Shown: positions 1 through 11,514 of the stretch, piece by piece
How the letters are laid out: each line of letters starts with the position of its first letter
Position numbering within the stretch: position 1 is the stretch's first letter
Origin: Eledone cirrhosa
Lineage: Eukaryota
Assembly: GCA_964016885.1 (NCBI GenBank)
Contig: OZ024747.1
Location: forward strand, 75,516,001-75,580,000
Direction of reading: 5' to 3'
DNA: 64,000 bases
Made by a program: the position numbers and the translations under genes
Notes under the pieces: model-generated
Told to the model about the DNA's origin: nothing
The model's input: the letters and a program-made list of their open reading frames with translations, nothing else
Database searches by the model: none

Positions 1-3000
1 TCTAAACCCTTCTACCTTCTTAACATTGTACATTACTTTATGTCACATTCTCAACAAAGTTGTACAAGTTAAATCATGTTTAGTACTTTCTAAATATCAG
101 TAATGTTACTGGCAGGGCAGGAGTGACTTTACATATCAACATAAAAGTTCCATCTAAGAATTAGCCTGTATAAATTAAGCTACTCCCAGCTTCGTTACAC
201 GAAACTACAACAACTGTTTGCTGGCAAGCATTGACTAAATCGTCTGAAAAAGATATTAATAGGTTCCGAATTTTCTAATAAATAAAAATACATAATATAA
301 TAGTTTAGTGATCAATAGTGATGGGAAGGCAGGATCGGTGGAGCATCACACGAAATGCTTTGTGGTTATTTTGTTACTTCCTTTGAATTTCAGTGTTCTA
401 ATGGCACCAAAACCGAACTTGTTTTTCATCCTTCCGGCTTCGATACAATCGATTAATGACATTACCAGGAATATCTGGACTTGTGCCAGTGATAGAAATC
501 GTAATATAATTGCTAATCAAACTTTTGATTACGCTTTGGGAGGTGTCAGCTGGTTATGAAATACGAAGAACAAATTAGAAATTGTTGAAGACAGCAATCT
601 GTCTGTAGCAAAGCCACACAAAAGCTTGAACCAGAGAATAAATTGTTGAAGAAGCTGAATAAAAAAGGAAGAGCAACTGTATACAATGAAGAAATCACCG
701 TGGAATACCGTTGCATAGTCAGAAACTAGAATATACGCTTAACAAACTCGGTTCATTTCAAAGAAGAGCTCATAGGATCAATGTATTTAGATCAACAGCT
801 TCCATCACATGAAATGGGTTACTGTAACAATACTTGTCTACGAAACACCTACATAGTATAGTATTTATTATTGGAAAGTCACATCTATATGGCCACCATA
901 ATATAAAAGACGGCCATGCCACGAGAACCCCCCCCCCACACACACACAAATACACACACAAACACACACAAAGACACAGACACACGCACATACACACCGT
1001 CTAAACAATATTTGACATCGTCTCATAACCACGGTATATATATACACACATTTATACTGAAATATATATATGAAATGTAGATTATGTTCCCAAGAACTAT
1101 TTGAAATAATGAAGTCTAGGGATATCTTATTAAATAAAAGACAGGAATTAATTATATCGTGTAATCATAAACTAAAAAAAACATTTAAATATTATAAACC
1201 TAATTAATAACATTATTCTAGAATTTAATTTAATTTAAATGTTAGTTAACCTATAAATTTAATTTAATTAATATTTTATTACAGATGAGAAAATATTATG
1301 TAATCATAAATTTTGAAAAACCTTTAAATATTACTAATATATACTCAGTAATTTAATTTATAGATTAATTTTAATTTATTTTAACCTTTTATTATAATTT
1401 TTTTTATTATAATTCTTTTACAGATAAAATATAACAAAATAATATCATGTATCCTATGACGGAGAAAGAATTTTTAGTATTATAGACCTAATTAATATAC
1501 ATTTTGGAAATATATTTATTATTTGGTTTTAGTTTTAATCAACCTAAAACTTTAATTTTAATTTGCTTAAAATTAGTATCCTTGTACAGACGATTTGCAG
1601 AATGTCATGTAATCATAGAATGGGATGTGTTTTGGATATATACCTAGTTAATATATTCTGTGCAATTTTTTGAAAAAGATATGTATATCTATATGTATAT
1701 GTATATGTGTGTATTGTATGTGTATCTGTATGTATATTTATGTGACTATATATGTATGTATGTGTATATATATGTATATATGTATATATATGTGTGTATA
1801 TGTATATATATGTGTATGTGTATGTATATGTATATGTATGCGTATTAATTTTGATTTTTATTTGCATATAATTATATTATGCTATTGATGAAATACAATA
1901 TCTGCTTTATGTATTGTATACCTAATTAACATATACTAATTAACGTATACTATTGAAATAAATATATAATTTTTAATTTAGTTAACATATAATTTATATG
2001 CTACTACCGATGTAATACTTTATTTTATTTTTATTTGGGTTTCTTTTCCCTATTACTAAATTCATCTCCTAATATTGATACCATAACGTTATTAACTTTA
2101 ATTTAGTTATAATGTAATTAATAATCTACTACTGTTTGACTTCATAATTCTGCTTCAAATATTATAAACCTAACTAATTTACACCTTGGAAATCAATATG
2201 TTGACTATCTTTGGTTTAGTTAACATATGATTAATGGTATACTTTTTTATTTTGGGATGCATAGATTTCGTATTTCCTAGCACTGAAAATATGTAAGAAC
2301 ATACATTGAATTAAGATACGGAAAATATTATATGTTTCTTGAAACATATATTTACTTTGATCCCCTTCTCCAAACCCCCCCTTTCCCCCATACTATTATC
2401 ATCTGTTTTTGTAAGAGTATATGTATGAATATATGTGTAGGTGGGTGTCTATATAGGTTTTGGTATTTATTTCTAAATATAAAAATACATATATGAGCAT
2501 GTAAATATGAATGTAAGATTGAGTGTGTATATATGATTGTACATACATATGTATGTATATATATGTATATATATGTATTGTATATGTATGTGTATGTGAA
2601 TGTGTGGTATGTATATGTGTATGTATATGTATATATGTGTATGTATGTGTATGCTTGTATATAGGAATATATATATGTGTATATATGTATGTATATGTAT
2701 ATGCGTGGTTGTATGTATGTGTATATGGGTTCTGTATATATTTGTATGTCTCTCTATTTATATGTTTATCTTCGTATCTATGTGATATATGTGTGTATGT
2801 GTGCATATATGCATATGTATGTGTTTGTGTGTGTTTGTATGTGTGTGTGTATATATATATGTATTTGCGCACACTCACATACACATATATATATATATAT
2901 GTATATGTGAGTGTGTATGTGTGTCTGTGTGTGTGTGTGTGTGTGTATGTGTATATATATATATGTATATATATATGTGTATGTATGTGTATATATATAG

Positions 3001-3296
3001 ATATATATATATATATGTATATATATGTATATATGTGTATATAGGTGTCTATGTGTGAATATATGTCTTTATTCGTATGTGTGTATTTATGTATGTATAT
3101 GTTTAGGTGTATGTATGTATGTGTATGTATGTGTGTGTGTATATATATATGTATATGTATATATGTATATGTGTGTATATAGGTATATATATATATATAT
3201 ATTATTCTTTATTATTATTGTAATATAACTTATGTGTATATGTGTATAAGTGAGGTTGTGTATGTATATATACTATGTATATGTATAAGAGTAATG

Positions 3297-3331
<35 letters not shown>

Positions 3332-3419
3332 CATGTCTGTTTTTTATGTGTGTGTATATATATATATGTATGTGTATATATGTGTATATATATATATATA
3401 TGTGTACGTGTGTGTATGT

Positions 3420-3457
<38 letters not shown>

Positions 3458-3517
3458 GTGGGTGTTTGTATGTATATTTATGGTGGTATGAGTGTGGGGA
3501 TATATATGTTTGTATAT

Positions 3518-3551
<34 letters not shown>

Positions 3552-3572
3552 GAGTCCATGTGTGTGTGTATG

Positions 3573-3611
<39 letters not shown>

Positions 3612-4371
3612 ATGTGTGTATGTGTTGCGCGTGAGTGTGTGTGTTTTTATATCTTTTTATATGTGTATGTGTATGTTCGTGTAAATGTATGTGTGTGTAT
3701 GACAGTATAGGTATATGTGTATGTATGTATGTGTAGATATCTCTATGTGCGCGTACATGTATGTATGTGTATGTATATCTGTATGTGTATGTACATTTAT
3801 TATATTTTATTGTTTTTATTTTTTTATTTTTCTTAATTTATAGATACATTTATATTAGGCTGTCTGGTCTGACAATCTAATACTGACCCCTCCCCCCCCC
3901 CTCCCACCTAATTTCTGTATCTTGATCTTGAAATGTGTGTACCAGTGTTTTTATGTGAGTGACTTAATTTCTATTTGCTTATGATTTTATATCCACATAT
4001 ATAAATGTGAGTGGGGGAGTGTGTGTGTTTGTGTGTTCGTGGTTATGTGTATATTTATGCATATACGCACATGTATGTGTGATTATACTGATATGTGTGA
4101 GTATGAAAAAAATATATTTATATGCTTGACTCCATAAGTATCTTTGCGTATCTTATCAGCGCATTAAGCTTACAGAGATATTAACCTTGAAATTTTGTGT
4201 TTACATCCATCTTTTTAGTATACACATACAAATTATACACACATTATTGTAAAATATGTGTAAGGTTTTTGCATGTATATACACACACCAAACTGCTTTT
4301 TAACCCTTTGTGTTTTCATTGGTCAATTTTGAACTGATATTTTGAATTGTTGTTATTATCAATAAATATAC

Positions 4372-4526
4372 TTCATTATTTCTGAAGACGGCGTATATAT
4401 GAGTTAGGTATGTATATTTAATCTTGATAATTTGTATAATTTTGTATAATTTTGTACATAGATCTGTTAAATATGCATACCAATTATAACACATATATGC
4501 CCTAGAAACGATCGTTAAATAGTGAA
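4372..4526 (+). ncRNA. Type-I hammerhead ribozyme with very long stem II
   Basis: Stem I TTCATTATTT(4372-81)/AAATAGTGAA(4517-26); core CTGAAGA 4382-88; stem II of about 115 nt including GGCGTATAT/ATATATGCC and GGTATGTATATTTAA/TTAAATATGCATACC; GAAA 4505-08; stem III AC-GATC-GT; cleavage triplet GUU, cut after 4516. Stem II base is imperfect. About 190 nt of 3' tail runs into (TA)n at 4715. Confidence 0.75.
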
Positions 4527-4711
4527 CTTTTTTTGTTTAATATAAGGAATTGTTTGTTCATTATTTGTTTAATATTTTATCTTGACTCTGTATACCGTTT
4601 ATCTTTCACCGAAAGTGGATTTTCATTACATCTCTTCTTTCCATGATATCCGGAATACATTGAGTTCTTCATACGGATTGGACACTACCGTAAACTCTTG
4701 GTAGATTTATC

Positions 4712-4771
<60 letters not shown>

Positions 4772-4795
4772 TGTAATAAACAACATAAGACAATT

Positions 4796-4870
4796 ATTCC
4801 ATTTACCAAAGGTTTCACGAAGACAGATGAGCCTGACAGAGACGACTGAAATCGTTCGTCAGAATGGAAC
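4796..4870 (-). ncRNA. Type-I hammerhead ribozyme, canonical core
   Basis: Minus strand reads GTTCCATT-CTGACGA-ACGA[31 nt]TCGT-GAA-ACC-TTT-GGT-A-AATGGAAT. This gives an 8-bp stem I, a 4-bp stem II base, a 3-bp stem III and triplet GUA. It lies in an insert of about 105 bp flanked by TA repeats. Confidence 0.88.
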
Positions 4871-4879
4871 TTTATATAT

Positions 4880-5128
4880 ATTCTAGGGCGGGTAAAATTC
4901 CCGAGATCCATGGACGAGTTCTCTCCAGCGGTTTCTGTCCCTCATTATCGCTGCCATGTCCTGCGTCTCCAACAGACCAGTGTCTGTCCTTAGGGCATCA
5001 ACATACGTTAACCTTGGTCTTCCTCTTCCAGTGTGTCCATGTAGGGGCTCCCACAGGAGCACTGAGTGCAATGTCGGTGAGCATGTCCAGCTAACCTCAG
5101 TTTCCTCTGTGTCACTTTTGAGCTGACT
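4880..5128 (-). mobile_element. RTE-like LINE 3' fragment inside (TA)n
   Basis: Encodes LHSVLLWEPLHGHTGRGRPRLTYVDALRTDTGL...RWRELV, an RTE-type ORF2 C-terminus. Near-identical to 53640-53900. Confidence 0.85.
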
Positions 5129-5155
5129 ATATATATATACATCAAGTGATGAAAG

Positions 5156-5200
<45 letters not shown>

Positions 5201-5472
5201 TTTCAACACTTTTTATCACTCTCTCTTTGTAACTGACTATCGCTCTCCCTCTCCATATTTATTGACCAGTGACACAAACTCCCTCTCTTCCTCTCGGCAA
5301 TATCTATGAAAATATAGAGAGAAAGGGAAAGACATTGGTGGAAAAAAGTATAAATAAGACATTTAAAATGTTATATTTCTAATACCTAGCAAAACTGAAG
5401 TATAGATTTTTCGAGAAAAATAATATTAAGCTGGTTGTACTACTCCTCCTCCTCCTACTACTACTGCTGCTG

Positions 5473-5559
<87 letters not shown>

Positions 5560-6031
5560 CTCGTGTTTATCCTAAACCATTGTCGTTATATCACGAAAAG
5601 ACTGAGATGGTGAATCTAAAGACTTGAAGCAGAAATAATTATTTTCCTTTTTTTATTTACTTTTGTAACTTTCTTTTTATCTGTTCCTCTTTTTCTACCT
5701 TTTCTCTTTCTTTCCTTCATTTCATCTCTTAGTTATTTCTCTGTTCTTCTTTCTTCTATTTTCGTTTTATTTAAAAGTGTACTTTGTAAAAGAGTTTATT
5801 CCTTACAACTGATGTCTGGTTAGTAGTTGAAAGGGAGGGAGTGGCTTCACAATGAAGACATTTTGGCATGTTTAATGCCAAAAGTAGCTTCAATTAAGAG
5901 CCACGAATGAAAACATACAAAAACAGAAGTTTGTCCGGGTATAATAGGAGTGTAACCTAATGGGAGCAGGGTGGAAATAAAATAACAGAACAAACGATAG
6001 CATAAAAACAAATACAACAATATATATATAC

Positions 6032-6101
<70 letters not shown>

Positions 6102-6127
6102 TTGTATTTGTTTTTATGCTATCGTTT

Positions 6128-6163
<36 letters not shown>

Positions 6164-6167
<4 letters not shown>

Positions 6168-6329
6168 ATATAGAAAAGCTTCTACAGGACTAGAACTGTT
6201 TCATTCATAAGAAATCATGAATGAAACAGTTCTAGTCCCGTAGAAGCTTTTCTATATTAAAACAGTTATACACTGCTATGTATTGAGCACCTTATTTACT
6301 GTGGTTACCTCCGATTCAACCCGGAATAA

Positions 6330-6331
<2 letters not shown>
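6164..6331 (+). mobile_element. Fold-back insert in (TA)n (family B): 45-bp arms plus 70-bp tail
   Basis: Arms 6164-6208 and 6217-6261 with 1 mismatch. Contains the hammerhead 3' half TGA-TTTC-TTAT-GAAT-GAAACAGTTC. A related copy lies at 37234-37340. Confidence 0.8.
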
Positions 6332-6385
<54 letters not shown>

Positions 6386-6413
6386 AAACAGAAAACAAAA
6401 ACAATAACGAAGA

Positions 6414-6494
<81 letters not shown>

Positions 6495-6820
6495 AAACCA
6501 AGGTTTAATAGATCATTTAATTGATTTACACACGTTTCGTTCAAATACAGAACGAAGTAACATTTTAAATGAGAAAATGTTCTGTGAAAACTACTATGAC
6601 TGGAAATTGACAAATTAGATTCAACTCTGAGCTGCCTTTTGCCAATCCTACTGTGGATAATAGAATTGCATTTGAGCTTTGAATATATCTCGCTGCTTTA
6701 TATAGTAGTATGATCAATTCATCTGATCTATCATATATATATATATATTATATATATATATATATTATATATATATATATTATATATTTATATATTATAT
6801 ATATAAATATTATATATATA

Positions 6821-6863
<43 letters not shown>

Positions 6864-6975
6864 ATATTATATATATATATATATATATAGTTTTGCGAGG
6901 TTTTTTATATGAAATCGTGTGTCGAAACAGATATTGTTATATTTGGGGAGGGTCATATTTGCGTAATATTGCCAG

Positions 6976-7534
6976 TGTCATGTTTGTGGACGCCACCCCT
7001 GGAGGGAAATTAGCTAACCAGTGTAGAAAGGCCCTGAGAAAGACCCACTTAAAAATAAAGGCGGTAGAAAGGCCAGGAACCACCATAAAATCCCTGATCA
7101 GCAAAACCTACCCTTTTAAGAAAACCCACTGTACCAATAGGAAATGTATCATATGTAAGGTGAACCCCCGGATAAACTGTAAAACTAGAAACGTAGTCTA
7201 TAACATAAGATGTACAGAGGGTACTTGCAGAAACATGACAACAACATACATAGGTGAGACAGCTCGTAGCATAGGTGAAAGGATAGACCAACACTGGGGG
7301 GAACTAAAAGGACGAAAAAACGGATCAGTACTATACGAACATGCTAGACAACAACATGACGGTAACATAGACAACATAGAAATTAGAATAATATCTAAAC
7401 ATAGGAATGACCCAGCAGATAGGCAAATCAGAGAGGCCAGTGAAATAGAAATTAGAAGACCAAAGCTAAACAGAAAGAATGAGTGGAACAACAACAACAC
7501 CCAAACAAACAACACTGACCTAAGAGAAGTATAA
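6976..7534 (+). pseudogene. PLE polyprotein C-terminal fragment (GIY-YIG endonuclease)
   Basis: Open frame with VVY..YIG motifs and PLE-type Cys/His residues. No RT domain or real start; the upstream part of track ORF 6710-7534 is TA-repeat artefact. Confidence 0.9.
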
Positions 7535-7800
7535 ATAAGTAAATAAAATTAAATAAAATAAGATAAATAAATACATACACAAGCACATAAACACACACTA
7601 GTCACCCAGCAGACACAACACTATACACACTAGTCACACATCACACATAACACTATACACACACGCAAACGCATGCGCAAAGAAGACAAAATAAAATAAG
7701 ATAAACAAACAAGCAAATAAATAAATAAATATATAGACAGACTGAACAAAAAAAATGGCGTAGACATACAACACAACAGGAGGAACAATGAATAGAACAC

Positions 7801-7838
7801 CACTGACGATGTTGCAGATGTGCAACGAAAGATTTATG
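7801..7838 (+). ncRNA. Minimal hammerhead motif in PLE 3' repeat
   Basis: CA-CTGACGA-T-GTTGCA-GATG-TGCAAC-GAAA-GATT-TA-TG. Perfect 6-bp stem II, but stems I and III are minimal. Identical copy at 48665-48702. Confidence 0.65.
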
Positions 7839-8044
7839 TAAATTATGTAAACTATATATATGTGTTTGTGTCTATATTGTATCTGTATTATTTTTGACCG
7901 CCGGTCAGTCAATGGCAACATTGAGGACCGAGTAAGTTAGATCGCAGATATAAAAGACAGCGAGAAGCGAAAACCAACCAAACAGTGAGTGTGTTCTGTT
8001 ATTAATTCTGGCAATATTACGCAAATATGACCCTCCCCAAATAT

Positions 8045-8123
<79 letters not shown>

Positions 8124-8135
8124 ATATTATATATA

Positions 8136-8187
<52 letters not shown>

Positions 8188-8380
8188 CAATATTAAATAA
8201 ATGGAAACTATATTTATAAAACCATATTTATTTCATTATATATATTTCGGGGATATCATATTAACAATATGCTATGCCTTGCTCAGACAAAATACAATAT
8301 AAACAGTTTTATAGATAAATAGATTCGACATACCGTTATAACACCGACTTGCATTTGAGGAGGTCAAACTGGCAGTCATT
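8188..8380 (-). mobile_element. Family A hammerhead insert with mutated core
   Basis: Homologous to 8443-8585. The hammerhead at 8229-8294 has CTGAGCA instead of CTGANGA. Flanked by (TA)n. Confidence 0.8.
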
Positions 8381-8442
8381 ATATTATATATATATATATA
8401 TATTATATATATATATATTATATATATATATATTATATATAT

Positions 8443-8695
8443 ATGATATTAAATAAATGGAAACTATATTTATAAAACCATATTTATTTCATTATATATA
8501 TTTCAGGGATATCATATTAACAATATGTTATGCCTTCTTCAGACAAAATACAATATAAACAGTCTTATAAATAAATAGATACGAAATCCATTTATTTAAT
8601 ATCATAAATATACTCCAAATACTTGTTGAGTGCTTTTATATCAGTTATAAATATTTACTCGTTGTTAACCCAACAATTTAAATATAACTTTCCAT
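8443..8695. mobile_element. Family A hammerhead insert: inverted segment plus forward 3' tail
   Basis: 8443-8585 is minus-strand and carries the hammerhead. 8587-8695 is the plus-strand tail, matching the reverse complement of 45762-45868. Flanked by (TA)n. Confidence 0.85.
8485..8550 (-). ncRNA. Type-I hammerhead ribozyme (family A)
   Basis: TATTTTGT-CTGAAGA-AGGCATAACATATT-GTT-AATATGATATCCCT-GAAA-T-ATAT-A-TA-ATGAAATA; triplet AUA. Confidence 0.82.
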
Positions 8696-8705
8696 ATATT
8701 ATATA

Positions 8706-8795
<90 letters not shown>

Positions 8796-8803
<8 letters not shown>

Positions 8804-9300
8804 TAAAATAACAGATTAAAGTTTAAGCAAAGAATCGCTGCTTTCACCCTTAACGGGATTTTCTGAAACTAACAAACTCAATCTGTAAACGCAGAACTGA
8901 GAACATCTCTATGCATCACCTAAGAGAACATTAGTCTACGACCTCTTTTATACCATAAACGTGGTTCTGTCTTTGCGCGTAATTGTTTTTCACCGCTCCT
9001 ATTAATGACGTATTATATTCGTTTTTTCCCGTTCTTTGCCAGCGAACGTTTCCACGAACCAAAGTATCGTCTTTCTGTCTTCCCCCGGTTGCAACGTTTT
9101 TTGAAATATCCAGTTCTGCGTTTACAGATTGACTTTGTTAGTTTCAGAAGATCCCGTTAAGGGTGAAAGCAGCGATTCTTTGCTTAAACTTTAATCTGTT
9201 ATTTTAATAAATATTTGCTCTACGGTTCTTATATATTTGATATATATTTCCCTTATCGAACCCTCTTTGGATTTTAGTCTTCAAATTTATTATTATTACT
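8796..9300 (+). mobile_element. Fold-back insert in (TA)n: 104-bp arms, 211-bp spacer, tail of about 86 bp
   Basis: Arms 8796-8899 and 9111-9214 with 2 mismatches. Contains a degenerate hammerhead-like CAGAAGA-TCCC-GTTAA-GGGT-GAAA at 9145-9168. Confidence 0.8.
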
Positions 9301-9315
9301 ATATATATATATATT

Positions 9316-9359
<44 letters not shown>

Positions 9360-9362
<3 letters not shown>

Positions 9363-9498
9363 TAGGTAATTCCGAAGGAAAAGCAAAAGAAAAAAGAGTG
9401 CTCTATGTATAGAACAGAGGTATTTAATTAGAAATTGAACAACACAAAATATAATGGTAATGGAGTAGTTATATTTTGTGTTGTTCAATTTCTAATTA
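9360..9498 (-). mobile_element. Fold-back insert: 30-bp arms plus tail
   Basis: Perfect inverted repeat 9425-9454/9469-9498, with tail 9360-9424. Lies between (TG)n and (TA)n. Confidence 0.7.
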
Positions 9499-9537
9499 TA
9501 TATATATATATATACATACATACACACACCTCCTTTC

Positions 9538-9700
9538 TGCTCCAGTTTACTCAGCTGAAAATGAGTACCAACAGTAGCGGGGGTGGCGGTTAACCCTGTG
9601 ATGGACTGGTGTCCTGTCCAGGGTAGTGTGGTTCTTGTACCCTCAGTCGCTTCTCGTTATAGAAACCGGATAAGTACCGGACCCGAGACAGACTTTACAT
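9538..9700 (+). mobile_element. 3' body of a tRNA-derived SINE
   Basis: GCTCCAGTTTACTCAGCTGAAAATGAGTACC...AACCCTGTGATGGACTGGTGTCCTGTCCAGGG...AGAAACCGGATAAG resembles widespread metazoan SINE bodies (recalled, not searched). Confidence 0.55.
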
Positions 9701-11100
9701 CATTAAAGGCCTCATCTTTTAAAGGTTGATATTTGGTTGCTATTTCTAGCAGATTGAGTTATCGCGTACATATTTTTTCGATGGGTGGCTATAGCTGTTT
9801 AGTAAATTGTGTATTTATTGAAATTCCTGCGGCCGTATCCACAACCAGGTTTTTTGAAGGGTGGGCGGATGAGGCGTGGGGGCAATACCATCTGCCATCG
9901 CTTTCATTTATGTTTCTAATGTCATTGTGAAGAGCAAATGGTAACACCAGGTCTTACTGTTACACTCTTTATACGTCAGAGTGTTCGAGTCAATATAACA
10001 AGTCACTATATTTAGGTAGTATCACTCTATTCATAGCCAATAAAAACACAAGGAATAGAAATAATAAAGAATTTCCACGATTGAATGCAACGTTAAACCT
10101 ACATAGTGGAATCTTAGACTTTGCCGAAGAGTCGAAGTGTAAGAAAAAAAATGAGTCTGCTAACTCGTTATGAAAATAAACCAAAAATCAAGGAAAGATA
10201 TTTGCATTTTTGGAGTATTGTCAAGTAAGTATTTTCTATTTATGTTACCCAGAAGGGCAAAGGGCATAAATTTCACACGGAAATTACCATTCTTTCCCGT
10301 GCTATTTTTTGTCAGTCACACCTACGAGTGAAGCTTTCACCGTCGATGATGAAGTCAATGTTTTTTTTTCTTTTCAGTTTATTTATATATTTATCTATTT
10401 CTTTCCATGATTTTTTCTCCTCAAATCACAGTAAAAGATAATTAACAAGGCGTATATTTTAGGCTTTCACGCCCAGATTTGGAAAATGATAGTCGCCTAT
10501 AAAAAGCAGTCGATAATTCACAGTTAAATGCAACTGCTTGTTCCATGTGAGCACTGACATCGATCACACTCTGACCAGCATGGAGGAAAAAAAGAAGAGA
10601 AAATATTCCACTAAATTCTTCACCAGATTCAGTACACTTGTCTGTGGAATACTCAGTCACTTAATTTTATGAGGAGGCTGTTCCGTTGTTCAGTTGGAAC
10701 ACTCGTCCCTAGAACCAACGGACGTCCAACAATATATACTATTACTACTACTTCATTTTAATTACACTGAAAGGATTAACAGTAAAGTTGACTCCAGCAG
10801 TACAAGGATGGAAATAAATACTGGAAGATATTTTGTCCGATGCTCTGCAACAAAAGAATATACGAAGCTTTAAATCTATAGTATGGCGGTATGGTCCCGG
10901 AACTCCTGACGGAGCTGTACGGCGTTTCTTGGACATTTTAAGCCTGGCGGAGTCCATCCCTCTCCATGTCTGAGTACAGCAGATTTCTTCCAGGGAAGGA
11001 TAGAAAGTGAGAGAATGGGAGAAAGATATATACATAGATATATATATATATATATATATGTAGAGGTTATATTTAATTTGTTGGGAAGGCTGCATTTTTT

Positions 11101-11245
11101 CAGGGTATGTTAATATTTATTTATAAAACTAATCTGTATTATATTTTATCTGATGAAAGCGCACCATAATCTGCCTTGGTGGCCCTTGAAATATGTATAA
11201 TAGAATAAATATGGTTTTATAAATATAGTTTCCATTTGTTAATAT

Positions 11246-11249
<4 letters not shown>
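11101..11249 (+). ncRNA. Family A insert with type-I hammerhead (11142-11207)
   Basis: TATTTTAT-CTGATGA-AAGCGCACCA...TGGTGGCCCTT-GAAA-T-ATGT-A-TA-ATAGAATA; ends at (TA)n 11250. Confidence 0.82.
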
Positions 11250-11291
<42 letters not shown>

Positions 11292-11514
11292 AATATAAAT
11301 TAGCGAGAATCGTATTTCGGCTATTGGAAAATAGCGAAAAACAACTTCCGAGATGTGTGGCAAGCAATCAATAGATTCTAACGAACCAGAGCTACAACAT
11401 ACGTTAAAAGGCCAACCACACTGAGATCGTGGTTAAACCATTATCCGCACAGCCATAAAAACGACCAAGTAATTCGGGTCAAACAAATAAAAAAATATGA
11501 TTATATATAGAAAG

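Larger units (their letters stand above)
6889..8052 (+). mobile_element. 5'-truncated Penelope-like retroelement (GIY-YIG endonuclease end plus pLTR) with inverted terminal segment
   Basis: 6976-7534 encodes a Cys-rich linker (CTNRKCIIC) and a GIY-YIG domain (NVVYNIRC...YIGETARS..ER..QH...EH...H, RQIREA). A 45-bp inverted repeat pairs 6931-6975 with 8008-8052. Flanked by (TA)n on both sides. Confidence 0.92.

Noticed and set aside
5851-5890. Hairpin TTTTGGCAT-GTTTA-ATGCCAAAA preceded by ATGAAGA
   Set aside because: Would need changes in both core halves to be a hammerhead, and no stem I is evident.
6164-6261. Hairpin inserts as pre-miRNAs, terminators or MITEs
   Set aside because: Asymmetric tail, variable turn-around point and TA-array context fit retroelement inversion better; no expression evidence.
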